A stretch of DNA of 64,000 nucleotides from Octopus vulgaris. Taxonomy: Eukaryota. Both the position numbers and the translations under genes were made by a program. Below are positions 13,701-25,232 of the stretch, one piece after another. Each line of letters opens with the position of its first letter. Position 1 is the stretch's first letter. The DNA lies in the NCBI GenBank assembly GCA_951406725.2, contig OX597814.1:191518001-191582000 (forward strand). The letters run 5' to 3'. The notes under the pieces are model-generated. The model had not been told where the DNA came from. It made no database searches and saw only the letters and a program-made list of their open reading frames with translations.

Positions 13701-13852
13701 GCTTCTTTTTGTGTCCCATCTATCAAATCATTTCACTAGGCTTTGGTTGACCCAGCTCTAGTAAAAGATGATTGCTCACAAGTGAGAATGAACCCAGAAC
13801 CATGTTGTTGGAAAGCAAACATCTTAACCACAAACCCATACATGTGTGTGTG

Positions 13853-13896
<44 letters not shown>

Positions 13897-15253
13897 AAGG
13901 CATGTAGCTTAGTGGTTAGGACATTCCACTCATGATCATAAGGTAGTAAGTTCAATTCCCAGTGATGTGTTGTGTCCTTGAGCAAGACACTTTATTTCCT
14001 GTTACTCCAGTCCACTCAGCTGGCAATAATGAGTAGTACCTGTATTTCAAAAGGCCAGCCTTGTCACACTCTGTTTCACGCTAAATCTCCCTGAGAACTA
14101 TGTTAGGGGTACTCATGTCTGTGGAGTGCTCAGCCATTTGCACGTTAATTTCATGAGCAAGCTGTTCCATTGATCATATCAGCTGGGACCCTCATCATCA
14201 TAATCGACAGACTGCTCCTTCATATATATATATATATATATTATGATGGGTAGAAAAATACAAACTGAGACAAGAACGCATAAAAACTAAGACGATACAA
14301 CAAACACAGACAGGACATTCGAAGCCCTCAGTCTTCAGTCAAGAACCGGATCATCGTAGTAATTTCGGCTGATTATATATATAAAGACCTTCTCACCATT
14401 TTCTAAGATAAAAAGAGGCCAATGACAACATATTTAAATACATGGGCTTCTGTACAGTCTCCGTCTACAAAATCTCACTCTCAGATTATTGGTCAACACG
14501 ATTTCAAAACTCTGGCAGAATATGTGATGTGTAAATGCATATGGGTTAAGGGTGTTTTGACACAGGCAATTTGGTTCTTAGTGATTGAGCGCCAGGGATT
14601 CTATACAAAACCCCCATTTGGTAAAGGATGTTTTGATATTTTGTTTATATTCTACATATAAAATGATTTTCATTTGCTGGACGTAGACCACAGTATAAGG
14701 TATAGAGATGCTCAGAATTACTAAATGAAAAACTAAAGAAGCTGTTTCGCTGTATTAGAAGGAAATAATCTTGTTTTAGTCTTAATAACAATCTTTCTCA
14801 GTGTAGTGATGTCATGGCAAGGGAGATAACTCCATATTTTAACATTTATTTCCAAACATTTTAATATTTGTCTGTCTGTCTCTCTCTCTCCCTGTGTTTG
14901 TGTGTGCTTTCAGCACCACATCGTTCATTGCCATAATAGCTTTACCAAAACCTCTGCATCCAATCGTCGTATTTCGTTGCATTTGCTACAACACTTACAC
15001 TAATATTTCTCATCAGGTCATGAACTACACGCAATCTTATTATCCTTTCATTTCAAACCTAAGGCTTTTTGCTTACACTTTTACTTGTTTCAGTCACTTG
15101 ATTGCGGCCATGTCTTTAGTCGAGCAAATCGATCCCAGGACTTATTCTTTGTAAGCCTAGTACTTATCCTATCGGTCTCTTTTGCCGAACTGCTGCGTTA
15201 CGGGGACGTAAATACACCAACATTGGTTGTCAAGTGATAGTGGCAAGGGACAA

Positions 15254-15292
<39 letters not shown>

Positions 15293-15931
15293 CACGACAG
15301 GCTTTTCCCATTTTCCCTCAACCAAGTCCAATCACAAGGCTTTGGTCGGCCTGAGGTTATAGCAGAAGACACTTGCCCAAGATGCCATGCAGTGGGACTG
15401 AACAATGAACCATGTGGTTGGGAAGGAAGCTTCTTATCACACAGCCACTCCTGCCCTATGTAAATATTGTGTCAATAAATGATAATAATATTTCTACTCC
15501 AGGCACAAGGCCTGAAATTTTGAGGAGTGGGATAGTTGATTATATTGACCCGGTACTTATTTTATTATTGACTCTGAAAGAACGAAAGGCAAAGTTGACC
15601 CTGGTGGAATTTGAACTCAGAATGCAATGACTGCCAAGTAAAATATAGCCAAGCATTTTTGACTGATGTGCTAACGATTCTGCCAGCTTACTGCCTTAAT
15701 AATAATGATAATATTCTTTTCTACCAAAGGCACAAGGCCTGAAATTTTGGGTGAGAGGGGACTAATTGATAACATTGACCCCCCAGTACTTAACTGGTAC
15801 TTATTTTATTGACCCTGAAAGGATGACTGGCAAAGTCGACCTCGGTGGAATTTGAACTCAGAATGTAGCGACGGGTGAAATACCACTATGCTTTTCGTCC
15901 AGCGTGCTAATGATTCTGCCAGCTCACCGCC

Positions 15932-15973
<42 letters not shown>

Positions 15974-18900
15974 GTTTCAAATTTTGCCACAAGAGCAGAA
16001 ATTTTGTGGGAGGGGATGTGTCGATTACATTAACCCCAGGGTTTACCTGGTACTTATTTCATCCACCTTTAGAGGATGAAAGGTAAAGTCAACCTCGGCG
16101 GAATTTGAACTTAGAATGTACCAATGGACGAAATACCTATTTCTTTACTACTCACAAGGGGCTAAACACAGAGGAGACAAACAAGGACAGACAAAGGGAT
16201 TAAGTTGATTACATCGATCCCAGTGCGTAACTAGTACTTAATTTATCGACCCTGAAAGGATGAAAGCAAAGTCAACCTTGGCGGAATTTGAACTCAGAAC
16301 GTAACGGCAGACGAAATATGGCTACGCATTTCGCCCGGTGTGCTAACGTTCTGCAAGCTTGCCATCTTATATAATAGTAATAAAGAGCTGTATAACATTT
16401 AACTGATGAGTCAGCACAGTTATAGATGTACATCTGATATGTATTAGAAGCTATATAGGTTGTCTGCTACCCATGTGTTCTTCACTAAGAAGTTTACAAT
16501 AAATTGTCTATTTTTATATATATCAAAGCAGGGAGTATTTGTATGGTTATGTAACCTGCTAGAAATAGCAGGGAAATTGTTAAATCATAATCTTTCTTTA
16601 ACAATGGACATATAGCATAACACTGTCTGAAAGTCAAATGGGATCTAATATAGCAGTGTGTGTGTTCTCCTTTCTTTTTTGACTAGGGTACTAAGCCATG
16701 TATCTCCTCTACAGCAAGACACCTGTTTTTTGTTATACTCTGACCTATTGATTTACTGTCACCAAGCCACCTCCATCTATACTACTAGGGGTGTTTTGTG
16801 AGTTTCTTGGTGACCTCACTAGTACTGGTGTTTGTGTAGAGGCACCCAGTACACTCTGTATAGAAGATTGGTGTTATGGAAGGCATCCAGCCATAGAAAC
16901 CATACTGAAGCTGGCATTGCAGCTGAGTGCAGTTGTCTGACTCACCAACTCATGTGAAACCATTCAACTCATGCCAGCATAGAAAACCAGACATTAAATC
17001 AAAATCAAATTTGATGACTGGCATCCGTGCTAGCGGGGTGCAAAGAACACCATACGAGTGTGATCATTGACACAGTGGCTAACCGGCTTCCGTACCAGTG
17101 GCACTTAAAAGGCACCATTCGAGCGTAATCGTTACCAGCATCGCATTACTGGCACTCGAGCCCTGTGCTAGTAGGGTATTAAGAGCACCATCCGAGTGTG
17201 ATCATTGCCAGAGCGGTTATCTGGACTCTGTGCCAGTGGCACGTAAAAGACACCATTTGAGCGTGATCATTACCAGCATTGCCTCACTGGCACCTGTGCC
17301 GGTGGCATGTGTTAAAGATTCGAGCAAGGTCGTTGCCAGTACTGCCTGACTGGCCTCGTGCCGGTGGCATGTAAAAGCACCTACTACATTCTCGGAGTGG
17401 TTGGTGTTAGGAAGGGCATCCAGCTGTAGAAACTGTGCCAGATCAAGATTGAAGCCTGGTGCAGCCATCTGGTTCGCCAGCTCTCAGTCATTCGTCCAAC
17501 CCATGCTAGCATGGAAAGCAGACATTAAACGATGATGATGATTGTTCTATTTTCAGCTAATATTGTTAACATTGATTTTTCTTTTCTCTCACAGAGTTCT
17601 TCAGTGCAGGAATCGAGTTTCAGCGGTTTTAGACCTGCAACATCAACTGCTTCATTAGCCCTGTCTTCTAGGCCACAGAGTGACCGGTTGGCAGCCATAA
17701 AGTCAGCATTTGCTGTAAGTATTCTCTCAAACGGAAACCAAACAAATTATCTTTTATTTTACCACAGATTGTTAAACTATATTCTTCTAACACAGTTCCT
17801 GTTACATTGCTTTACATGTTGATATAGGTTGCATCATTTGTCACATATATGAGATGTGTATCGGAAATATGTTTGTGGAATTAGCAATTAGTAACTTTTT
17901 CATAACTTACCTGGTAATTTGGGTACTACTAAAGACGTTGTCTTTAAGACTGGTGATATGTAGTTATCAAGAAGACCTACCCAGTTTGGTTAAACTTAAG
18001 TTCGAGTGTGATCGTTACCTTCGAGGGTGGCACATAAAAAGCACCATTCGAGCATGATTGTTACCAGCGTCACCTTACTGGCACTTGTGCCGGTAGCATG
18101 TGAAAAAACATTTGAGCGAGGTCGTTGCCAGTGCTGCTGCACTGGTTCCTGTGCAGGTGGCACGTAAAAAACACCATCTGAGTGTGGATGTTGCTAGTAC
18201 CACCTGACTGGCCCTTCTACGTGCCGGTGGCATGTAAAAGCACCCACTACACTCGCGGAGTGGTTGGCATTAGGAAGGGCATCCAGCTGTAGAAACTCTG
18301 CCAGATCAGTTTGGAGCCTGGTGCAGCCATCTGGTTTGCCAGTCCTCAATCAAATCGTCCAACCCATGCTAGCAAAGCGGACGTTAAATGATGATGATGA
18401 TTAATTCTGGTAGAACTTTGTGTGTGTATATATTTCTCATACCCATGTGTAACTTCCCCAAACAGCCATTTCCAGTTTTTCAGCCACCCATTGGCAGTTA
18501 CCCATCCGCAGCAATGCAGTCATCTTTCCTGTTAAACATTGATCAATGCTTATTCTACCCAGTTATTTTCTAAATTCTAAAATCACTTGCATTAAACTCT
18601 TCTTGTAAGTTAGTATTGTACATCCAGCAGATCATACTGCATTACTTTCTAAATTTAGATGCAATTACACTCACAAAGTGACCCAGTTTACTCTTTAGCT
18701 CACTTAGGTATTATCATTAATGTTAGATGGTTAATTTACAAAGTGTTATATTCAAAAGGTACCCAGCTTAAGATGCTGCACTTATTTATACAAATGTTTC
18801 AAATGAATTTGAAGAATCAATCTTGCTTAAGCCCTTCACTCCTTATAGAATACAGGCCACCAACAACTTCTTTCCCCTCTTGGTCCTGGCTCTGAAAGCA

Positions 18901-19875
18901 ACCGCAGATCCCGAGTTGATATCTGCTCTTCTTTCCATTCTCGAGAACTTGTTTCAACCCTTTTTGGATAGACTTGTGACGAAAAATGGATCTTCTATCG
19001 AAATGGTGAATGTCATAAACAGTGGCTTGGTAAAAGGGAAAAAACTCAACCACAACCGAGAAGGGAACTTCATGGGGAAAAGTTTCTTCTCTTTCTGGTG
19101 GGATTGCAAAGGAGTAATTCACTTTGAATTGTTACCACCCAATGCAACAATCAATGCTCAAGTCTACTGTCAGCAATTAGAGCATTTGAACCAAGCTTTG
19201 AAGAAAAAAAGACATGCTTTAGTGAATTGAAAATGAGTGATGTTTCATGAGGACAATGCGCGACACCACACTGCAAAGATCACATCACAGAAGATCAAAG
19301 AGCTTGGTTGGGAAAAAAAATCCTCATCCACCTTATTCTCCCGACCTTGCTCCTTCAGACTACCATTTGTTTCGTAGTTTACAGAATCATTTGGGGGACA
19401 TAACTTTCACAAGCCAGGAGGAGGTCGAAACTGACATTTTAGAGTTCTTCATGTTGAAACCAAAAGAGTTTTACATTGATGGGATTAAAAATCTTGTAAA
19501 TAGATGGAAAGAAGTCATAGATAATCAGGGAAAGTATACATTGATGATTAAATTTCAATTAAATATAACATTTGATCACTTGTTTTCTTCAAAATTCGGA
19601 CAGTACTTATGGGATGACCTGATATTTAACAATCTGTTTCTGGTCCAAATTAGTGAGTAATGACTTGATTTTTCTTTGGAAAAGTTATTGTTTTTTATCA
19701 TTTCAAGATTTTTCATTGAAGCACATGTTTCTATTTTATTTAGGCTCAATTCAAATCGAATTTTGTGGCTGCATCAGAAGAAAACAACACACAGTTAATG
19801 CACCAACCGAAAATAAGTGAAAATACGGAGTTACAGCCAGACAGTAAACGCCGTAAAAAAAGTCGGTGGGATTAA
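329..19875 (+). CDS. DDX42: ATP-dependent RNA helicase DDX42 (SF3b125), 5'-partial; join(329..428,2176..2223,4049..4146,6980..7073,8491..8571,9163..9264,10344..10445,11297..11421,13195..13302,17595..17714,19744..19875), 1110 nt = 369 aa + stop
   Basis: The spliced translation [57 protein letters not shown]...HGDMEQAER...[38 protein letters not shown]...[10 protein letters not shown]...YRERPGLG...KKSRWD* matches DDX42-specific segments as recalled from the human protein. All introns are GT-AG with continuous phase. Confidence 0.96.
677..1046 (+). mobile_element. Helentron/HINE-like non-autonomous element
   Basis: 5' hairpin ACCTCCACCTTAGCGAAGGCGGAGGT, (GTTT)n microsatellite, 3' GAGGTTTGCCCTCTCTGAGTGCTCCTGTT. 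This is the architecture of DINE-1/HINE-like elements. Confidence 0.6.
1298..1854. mobile_element. Unclassified ~560-bp insertion inside an (ATT)n microsatellite
   Basis: A more GC-balanced block bounded exactly by (TAT)n on both sides; no ORF and no TIR. Confidence 0.45.
2176..2223 (+). CDS. DDX42: DDX42 exon
   Basis: tttcag|AATCC...CAAA|gtaagt; (E)[15 protein letters not shown]. Confidence 0.95.
2381..2750 (+). mobile_element. RTE-type 3'UTR retroposon ('element C'). About 25 copies, e.g. 5458-5734(-), 5772-6220(+), 7328-7585(+), 9306-9680(-), 11604-11915(+), 12577-13058(+), 16997-17542(+), 18001-18400(+), 27168-27585(-), 36650-36988(+), 42750-43050(+), 51250-51483(+), 56022-56293(-), 56985-57310(+), 58983-59185(-), 61100-61398(-)
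   Basis: Shared core GGTTGGCGTTAGGAAGGGCATCCAGCTGTAGAAAC...CCAACCCATGCTAGCATGGAAAGCGGACGTTAAAC(GAT)n, preceded by a variable number of GTGCCGGTGGCACGTAAAAAGCACC units. Most copies are 5'-truncated. Confidence 0.85.
3480..3900 (-). mobile_element. Decayed CR1-clade LINE ORF2 3' fragment
   Basis: The minus strand reads RLATDLV..KIINH...[30 protein letters not shown]...SFK, with stops and frameshifts. Confidence 0.75.
4049..4146 (+). CDS. DDX42: DDX42 exon (motif III SAT)
   Basis: tttcag|CTTTG...GAG|gtacgt; (T)[32 protein letters not shown]. Confidence 0.95.
6237..6616 (+). mobile_element. Non-autonomous Helitron (type 1)
   Basis: 5' TC, 3' CTAG, subterminal hairpin CCTGAGCAACGCCGGG; inserted between A and T in a (TA)n tract. 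Confidence 0.85.
6980..7073 (+). CDS. DDX42: DDX42 exon
   Basis: ttgtag|GCCAAT...TCTT|gtgagt; [31 protein letters not shown]. Confidence 0.94.
8491..8571 (+). CDS. DDX42: DDX42 exon (motif IV)
   Basis: atatag|TGGGC...GAAG|gtaaaa; (L)[26 protein letters not shown]. Confidence 0.94.
9163..9264 (+). CDS. DDX42: DDX42 exon
   Basis: tttctag|TTGGG...GCTT|gtaagt; (V)[33 protein letters not shown]. Confidence 0.95.
9685..10020 (+). mobile_element. Highly decayed RTE ORF C-terminal remnant
   Basis: Nucleotide resemblance to an RTE ORF end (GGAATCTGTGGAAGAGG...GGAAGGTATGGG, GCTATGCTGGAGAAGA); no open frame. Confidence 0.45.
10344..10445 (+). CDS. DDX42: DDX42 exon (motifs V and VI)
   Basis: tgacag|CACGA...GCAG|gtaagc; (S)[33 protein letters not shown]. 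Confidence 0.96.
10935..11125 (+). mobile_element. tRNA-derived CORE-type SINE family E; related copy at 13898-14220
   Basis: GGCGCATGGCTCAGTGGTTAGAGC...GTTCGAATCCC head, then TTGAGCAAGACACTTTATTTC CORE-like block; preceded by (TA)n. Confidence 0.72.
11297..11421 (+). CDS. DDX42: DDX42 exon
   Basis: ttgcag|GAGAG...CAG|gtaact; (G)[41 protein letters not shown]. Confidence 0.95.
13195..13302 (+). CDS. DDX42: DDX42 exon
   Basis: ttacag|AATTCT...AAT|gtaagt; [36 protein letters not shown]. Confidence 0.95.
17595..17714 (+). CDS. DDX42: DDX42 exon
   Basis: tcacag|AGTTCT...GCT|gtaagt; [40 protein letters not shown] (the DRL..K.AF segment resembles DDX42). Confidence 0.88.
18920..19624 (+). mobile_element. 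5'-truncated mariner transposase pseudogene in the last DDX42 intron
   Basis: [48 protein letters not shown]. Right TIR ...TTATGGGATGACCTGA followed by TA. Contains stops and frameshifts. Confidence 0.92.
19744..19875 (+). CDS. DDX42: DDX42 last coding exon
   Basis: ttttag|GCTCAA...GATTAA; [43 protein letters not shown]. Confidence 0.92.
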   Translation, partial: AQFKSNFVAASEENNTQLMHQPKISENTELQPDSKRRKKSRWD

Positions 19876-22800
19876 CTTTATCATTTCTATCAGTTAAGGG
19901 CAAAGTGCTTCTCTCACCATCAACATGACACTTTTTACTCAGTTACACGCTATCAACTCCTCCTGAATGGGTCAATAGTACTACAACTGCCTTTATTACA
20001 GTGTCTGTTTTGTTTCTTAGCCAATAAATCCATCAATCTTTACTTTTTCTATCACCTTCTCTCTTCTTAATCTGTGTATTTCTTACAGACCTCTCCCCTC
20101 TAACTCACACACATAACGAATTTTTTCCCCCCCTTCTTTTCTTCATTCCTTAAAACTTCCAAAATCACCCTCTCTTCTTGATTCACCATAACATTGTAAA
20201 TACATTACAATTAAATTGAATGCATTTATATTTTCTGAAAAAAGAAAAACCAGTATAAAAATGTAAATAGGCTGCCCATTTAGGACCACCTACTTATTTT
20301 AGCACTACATTTAGATATTATGAAGGACATAAAAAGTATAATTTATATATATCCACATCCTTGGTGCTGAGATTTCTTTTTACCCATCACCTGCTTCCAT
20401 ATTAATACGTTAATCACAATCATACATTTGTTATAAGAAGTAGTTATATTTCAAATATTTAGTTTTGAAATCAAAATATTGGTTCTGGAGTCACATGTCT
20501 TTGTCCGATGTTTTTTTTTTGTAATAATTTATTCTTTTTTCATCCTAATCTGTCCCCAGATTGTTGTGTGTGAGATGAACTTAACCAGTGATTCACTAAC
20601 TAACAATATCACTTACTTGAATATTGATTTACAAGTTCTCTCAATGTTTGACTTTTAATCTCTTGATTATCTTCCTAAAAATATTGTCTTTTTCCCTGGT
20701 GAACAACAATGAGCAGCTTGCTCTTTTTCAATATATTAGGAATGGAAACCAAGTCATATCATTTCTCTCTCTCTCTCTCTCATTATCATCTGTTGCTATT
20801 ATCATGCCATACTATGTTGCTAACTACAGGTCAGCTTAAACTTCTGTTAATGTCTGTATAAGAGCAATTATACAAAATATGAAGATAAGTTTTGATCTCT
20901 AGTTAGACATAGTGTACTAGGATACAGAAGAAACCTTTTACAGATATAATCTGACAATTCTTTTTAGCTGTTTTATGCCACTTGAAAATATTGCAGGTTG
21001 ATTGAACTGCTGGTAGTATCACTGTTGCGGAACCTCATTGGAACGGAAGGATATTCTGAAATAGTGTCCTAAATGTAATTCTAGCTCCATAACAAGACTT
21101 GTACCTCCTTAAACAATACAATACTCCTGTTGTCTAAAAACAGAATTATATTCTCATGACATTTATTTATGGTTCTTTTGACTAGTCCAGCAAAAGTTAA
21201 AGGTCTCGGGCATTGACATGACATAGTGCCAGTGATGTGGAACCCTTCAGTCAGCAATATAACATATCATTTCTCAACCATCCCCGACTTTTGATAAATA
21301 GTAATAACTGTATGGAAATTTGTTTGTTTGTTTGTTTAGTGCCACTGCTAGCTTTAGCATTTTTATCATATCAAGTGATGGTTTTCATGCGTCTTCCAAT
21401 TGCTTCGAATAGACAAGACAATTATAAATTATATTAATCTGTCTATAGTGAAAGCATTTCAGGATTATTCAATAATAAAAAAAAAACTGGCTTAGCATTT
21501 GATGAGGGAAATATTTCTAATATATTGATAAGATATTGGAAGATTATCAGTCATAGTAACCATTTCAGTAGCCTTTTTCTATTAAGAAAAAACAAATCCT
21601 TCAAGCATAAAACTAAAGATTACCTCTGAGGTTTACACAAGTGTGTGTAGATGAAGCACTCAGAGGATTTTCAAGGACAAAAAGGAGTTGAACACAACTT
21701 AGTAATCTATAAAGACAGTGTTCAGCTGAATTCACAACTGGAAATGTATAGATCATTTAAACCATGACACACACACTCAGATTTGCAAATATATATGTTT
21801 AGATGTTGGTAGTAATATTTAAGTGTTTAACCCTTTACTATTTAAACTGGCCATATCCGGCCAAAATAGCTAATCTGTTTTATGTTCAAACTGACCAGAT
21901 CCAGGATCTCACACCAACCCCACAATGTTATTCTACATTAAGTAATTACACCATCAAGATCTTGAAGATATGAAATAATGCATGATTAATTCAAATCAAT
22001 GGGAATCAATAGGCATTATGTTTGATTGAATAATCTGAACGCTAAAGGGTTAAAGCTCTGTTTTCTTGACGTTATTAATATTCTTAAGATGGGTTTAAAT
22101 TTCTCTTTATTTAAAGCATTGACCATGTGACAGGTTCTTGTGAACCAATGACAATGTTTTGAATAGTCTGGCATAGCTGTGACATGAGGTGTCTCAGCTG
22201 TGACCATAATGTCTTATCTAGTGACATTGTGTCTATGATTACATGACACAATGTAGCTTATTTTTAAAGTAGTAGGGTGTGATTTAAGGTAGGTTTTATT
22301 GTTTCTAGAAGGTATAGAGATCATATAGAGACGCTGCCTTATTGGCTTGAGCTAAATAGTTTTCCATGCTGACAATGTTTCAGTTGATTGACCGAAATGC
22401 AAGAGAAAATTTCATTCAGTGGTGGTTCTGTTTGTAGCTCATTGCTACAAATGTCAACACGTGTTCATTATTCAAATCCAAGTTTTGTTACAGCTCTCCG
22501 TCTAGGAATTAAAACCTTATTTTTTAAAAAGTCCTGGACAAATACAACATTTAAGAGTGCCCTTAGCTTCTTTGATTTGAGGCTAATAGAAGATTTTAGA
22601 TTGTAATTGATAAATCTAAAATCTATTCTTAATGGTTTAAGTTTTTTTTTATATTAAACACTCTAGTCTTGAAATCTAATTGTTGGCAATCATTATAGTA
22701 ATGAGCTCCCAATAAACTGAATCTGGGCAGCCCAGTTTTATTTTACAGTTGTTAACCATGTCACTTCACTTCCATTACTAAAATCCTCAAACTGTCATCT

Positions 22801-23240
22801 CCTCTTCCCTATAAATTTGAATTACTGAATATAAAACGGAGACTCTTGTATCTCTCTAAGAACAAAAAATAATAATATCCAGTAACAAGTTTTATTTTTT
22901 TTTTTTTTGTTATTTTGAAATAATTTTTACTGTACAATGTAAAACAATAGCTCAATATTAGTCTTTCAGACACAATATGATGCTGATATTTCACTGTTCT
23001 TTTTACTTTACTGGAAAAAAAAAAAATGAAATAATACCTTTTGACATTTCTCAGCTGTCCTCAAATTTGTTAACAACAAATTGTAGTTTGTATTTGTTTT
23101 TAATAAAGATGTGGACTACGTGGCTCTCATCCCCTTCCCAACAATTTGATGTTATTTTCTGAATGAAAATGAGAAAATATATTAAACTAATACAAGCATG
23201 TTCTATATGAAAATAAATAATTCAGCCCTGACATTCTTAG
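19876..23240 (+). other. Probable long DDX42 3'UTR with several candidate poly(A) signals
   Basis: Repeat-poor AT-rich stretch after the stop. AATAAA at 20023, 21474, 22711, 23102 and 23212; the last is followed by a T/GT-rich tract. The true end cannot be determined from sequence. Confidence 0.45.
21827..22053. mobile_element. piggyBac-like TTAA MITE; relatives at 11490-12061, about 23428-23975, and 26538-26718
   Basis: Ends TTAACCCTTTA...TAAAGGGTTAA (TTAA TSD, CCCT TIR start); shared internal sequence. Confidence 0.75.
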
Positions 23241-23518
23241 AGCTGAGAATTTTAGAGTAATATATTTGATTTTGTTTGTAATTTGTTCAAATATCTTTGT
23301 ATTTGTGGATTGTGTTCTATCTTTTTTATTTGCTGGAGTTTTGTTGAACAAATCAATCCTAGTACTTACTTAAGTCTGGTGCTTATTCTATTGGTCTCTT
23401 TTGCTGAACTGCTAAGTTATGGAGACTTAATCTCTTAGCATTTAAACAAGCCACATCCAGCCAAAATATTCTACTGGTTTTATGTTCAAACTGGCCAGGT
23501 CCAACCTCTCACACCTAC

Positions 23519-23843
23519 ATCATAAGTGGAAAGTGTAACCTCTCGAAAGAGCTGTTCTTCACTCCTGCTCCAGAGCGTCGGCTGCGGGGTCATTCCGAAA
23601 AGCTCTACCTGCGACGATTTCATCTCAATCGAAGGAGAGGAGCTTTCTCCGTCCGGGTTGCAGATCCGTGGAACAAGCTGCCAGACCAGATGGTGAAGAT
23701 GCCGACGACCGCTTTGTTCAAAGCCTCCCTTGACCTCAAGTGGCCTGAACTCTTTACATGAACACCACCCTGTACTTAACTCCATGTCCCCCTACATGGC
23801 CTTGCTATTTGCTTTTGAGCCAAATTAACTAACTAACTAACTA
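23519..23843 (+). mobile_element. CR1-clade LINE 3' fragment
   Basis: Uninterrupted ORF2 C-terminus ...RLRGHSEKLYLRRFHLNRRRGAFSVRVADPWNKLPDQMVKMPTTALFKASLD...* (stop 23759..23761), short 3'UTR and (TAAC)n tail. Confidence 0.85.
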
Positions 23844-25232
23844 TCCTACACTGTCATTCACAAAAGTAAACCGTCACATTGAGATCTGCAAGTTATAGAA
23901 CAATGCATTATTAATTCAAAACAATGTGAATAAATAAAGATTACATTTGACAGAGTCATCTGAATGCTGAAGAGATGAACAAATCAACACTGGTTATCAA
24001 GTGACAGACATGCTATCCAACTAATAATTTTACTAACAAGGCTTTGGTTGACCCAGATCATAGTGAAAACAAAAAAGACTCACCCAAGGTCCATGCAGTG
24101 GGACTGAACCTGAAACGATATGATTGCAAAGTGAATTTCTCAACTGTATCGCCATGCTTGCACCTACTTGAATTAAATCTGCAAATAAACAATTTTATAA
24201 ATAAATTTGAGATGACATGCGCAGCGTGGCTGTGAGGTAAGAAGCTTGTTTACCAACCACATGGTTCCGGGTTCAGTCCCACAGCATGGTACCTTGAGCA
24301 AGTGTCTTCTACTATAGTCTCAGGCCAACCAAAGTCTTGTGAGTGGATTTGGTAAACGGAAAATGAAAGAAGCCCATTCTATGTATATATTTGTGTGTGC
24401 GTCTGTGTTTGTACCCCCACCATTACTTGACAACTGATGGGTATGTTTATGTCCCCATAACTTATTCTGTCGGTCTTTTGCCCAACCGCTAAGTACTAAT
24501 CTTGCAAAACATAAGTCCTGGGGTTGATTTGTTTGACTAAAGCAGTGCTCCAGCACAGCTGCAGTCAAATGACTGAAACAAAAACAGAATAAAAGAAAGA
24601 TAGCTTTTTAAGAGAAAAGAAGGAAAATAACAATCAGATAAAGATATTTTTATGAAGAAAATGCTTTTTTTTTTTTATCTTTTGGTATAAGATGAAGCCT
24701 TTTCCTGCCAAGTCTTCAGAAAGGCTGACATATTTCAGCTTGCACTGTTTTTACAGATAATTACTCACAGTATGTTGCATCTTGGTACTGATTAAAAAAA
24801 AAAAGGCTTTCTTTGATCTCAATCATTTAAACAAATTTAAGTTTTTTTGGTCAAAAATAGTAAGTACCAAATTTGATGGCATATGAAACTTTTTCCCCTC
24901 CAAAAATGGTCTTAAAAAAAACCAGTTTCTATATGTAAAGTTGGGTCTTCCATAAGTTAATTTTGTCTTTGACACTCAATTTTCCATAATATGTGCTGCT
25001 GGAATCGGGGTGTGTCTTTTATACCATCAAATATGGTAGCATGGTTGATTTACCTATTAGTAAAGAATTTTGAAAGTACATCTTTTGTTTCAATACAATG
25101 TGTAACATTGGCAATCTGTTGTCGTTAGAGAATTTAACCAAGTGCTGTCATTTTAACTCTGCAAATGTTTCTGTGGAATTTCATATTTAAATAATATTTA
25201 GAATAATCATCATGTACATTCCATTGTAAGAT

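Noticed and set aside
14320-14375. Minus-strand CAGCCGAAA...CTGAAGA hammerhead-like fragments
   Set aside because: Stems I and II cannot be closed with the required pairs; at best a truncated remnant
18823-19660. Mariner ORFs 120 nt upstream of the last DDX42 exon as a possible SETMAR-like fusion
   Set aside because: The transposase has stops and frameshifts and lacks its N-terminus; DDX42 splices cleanly around it
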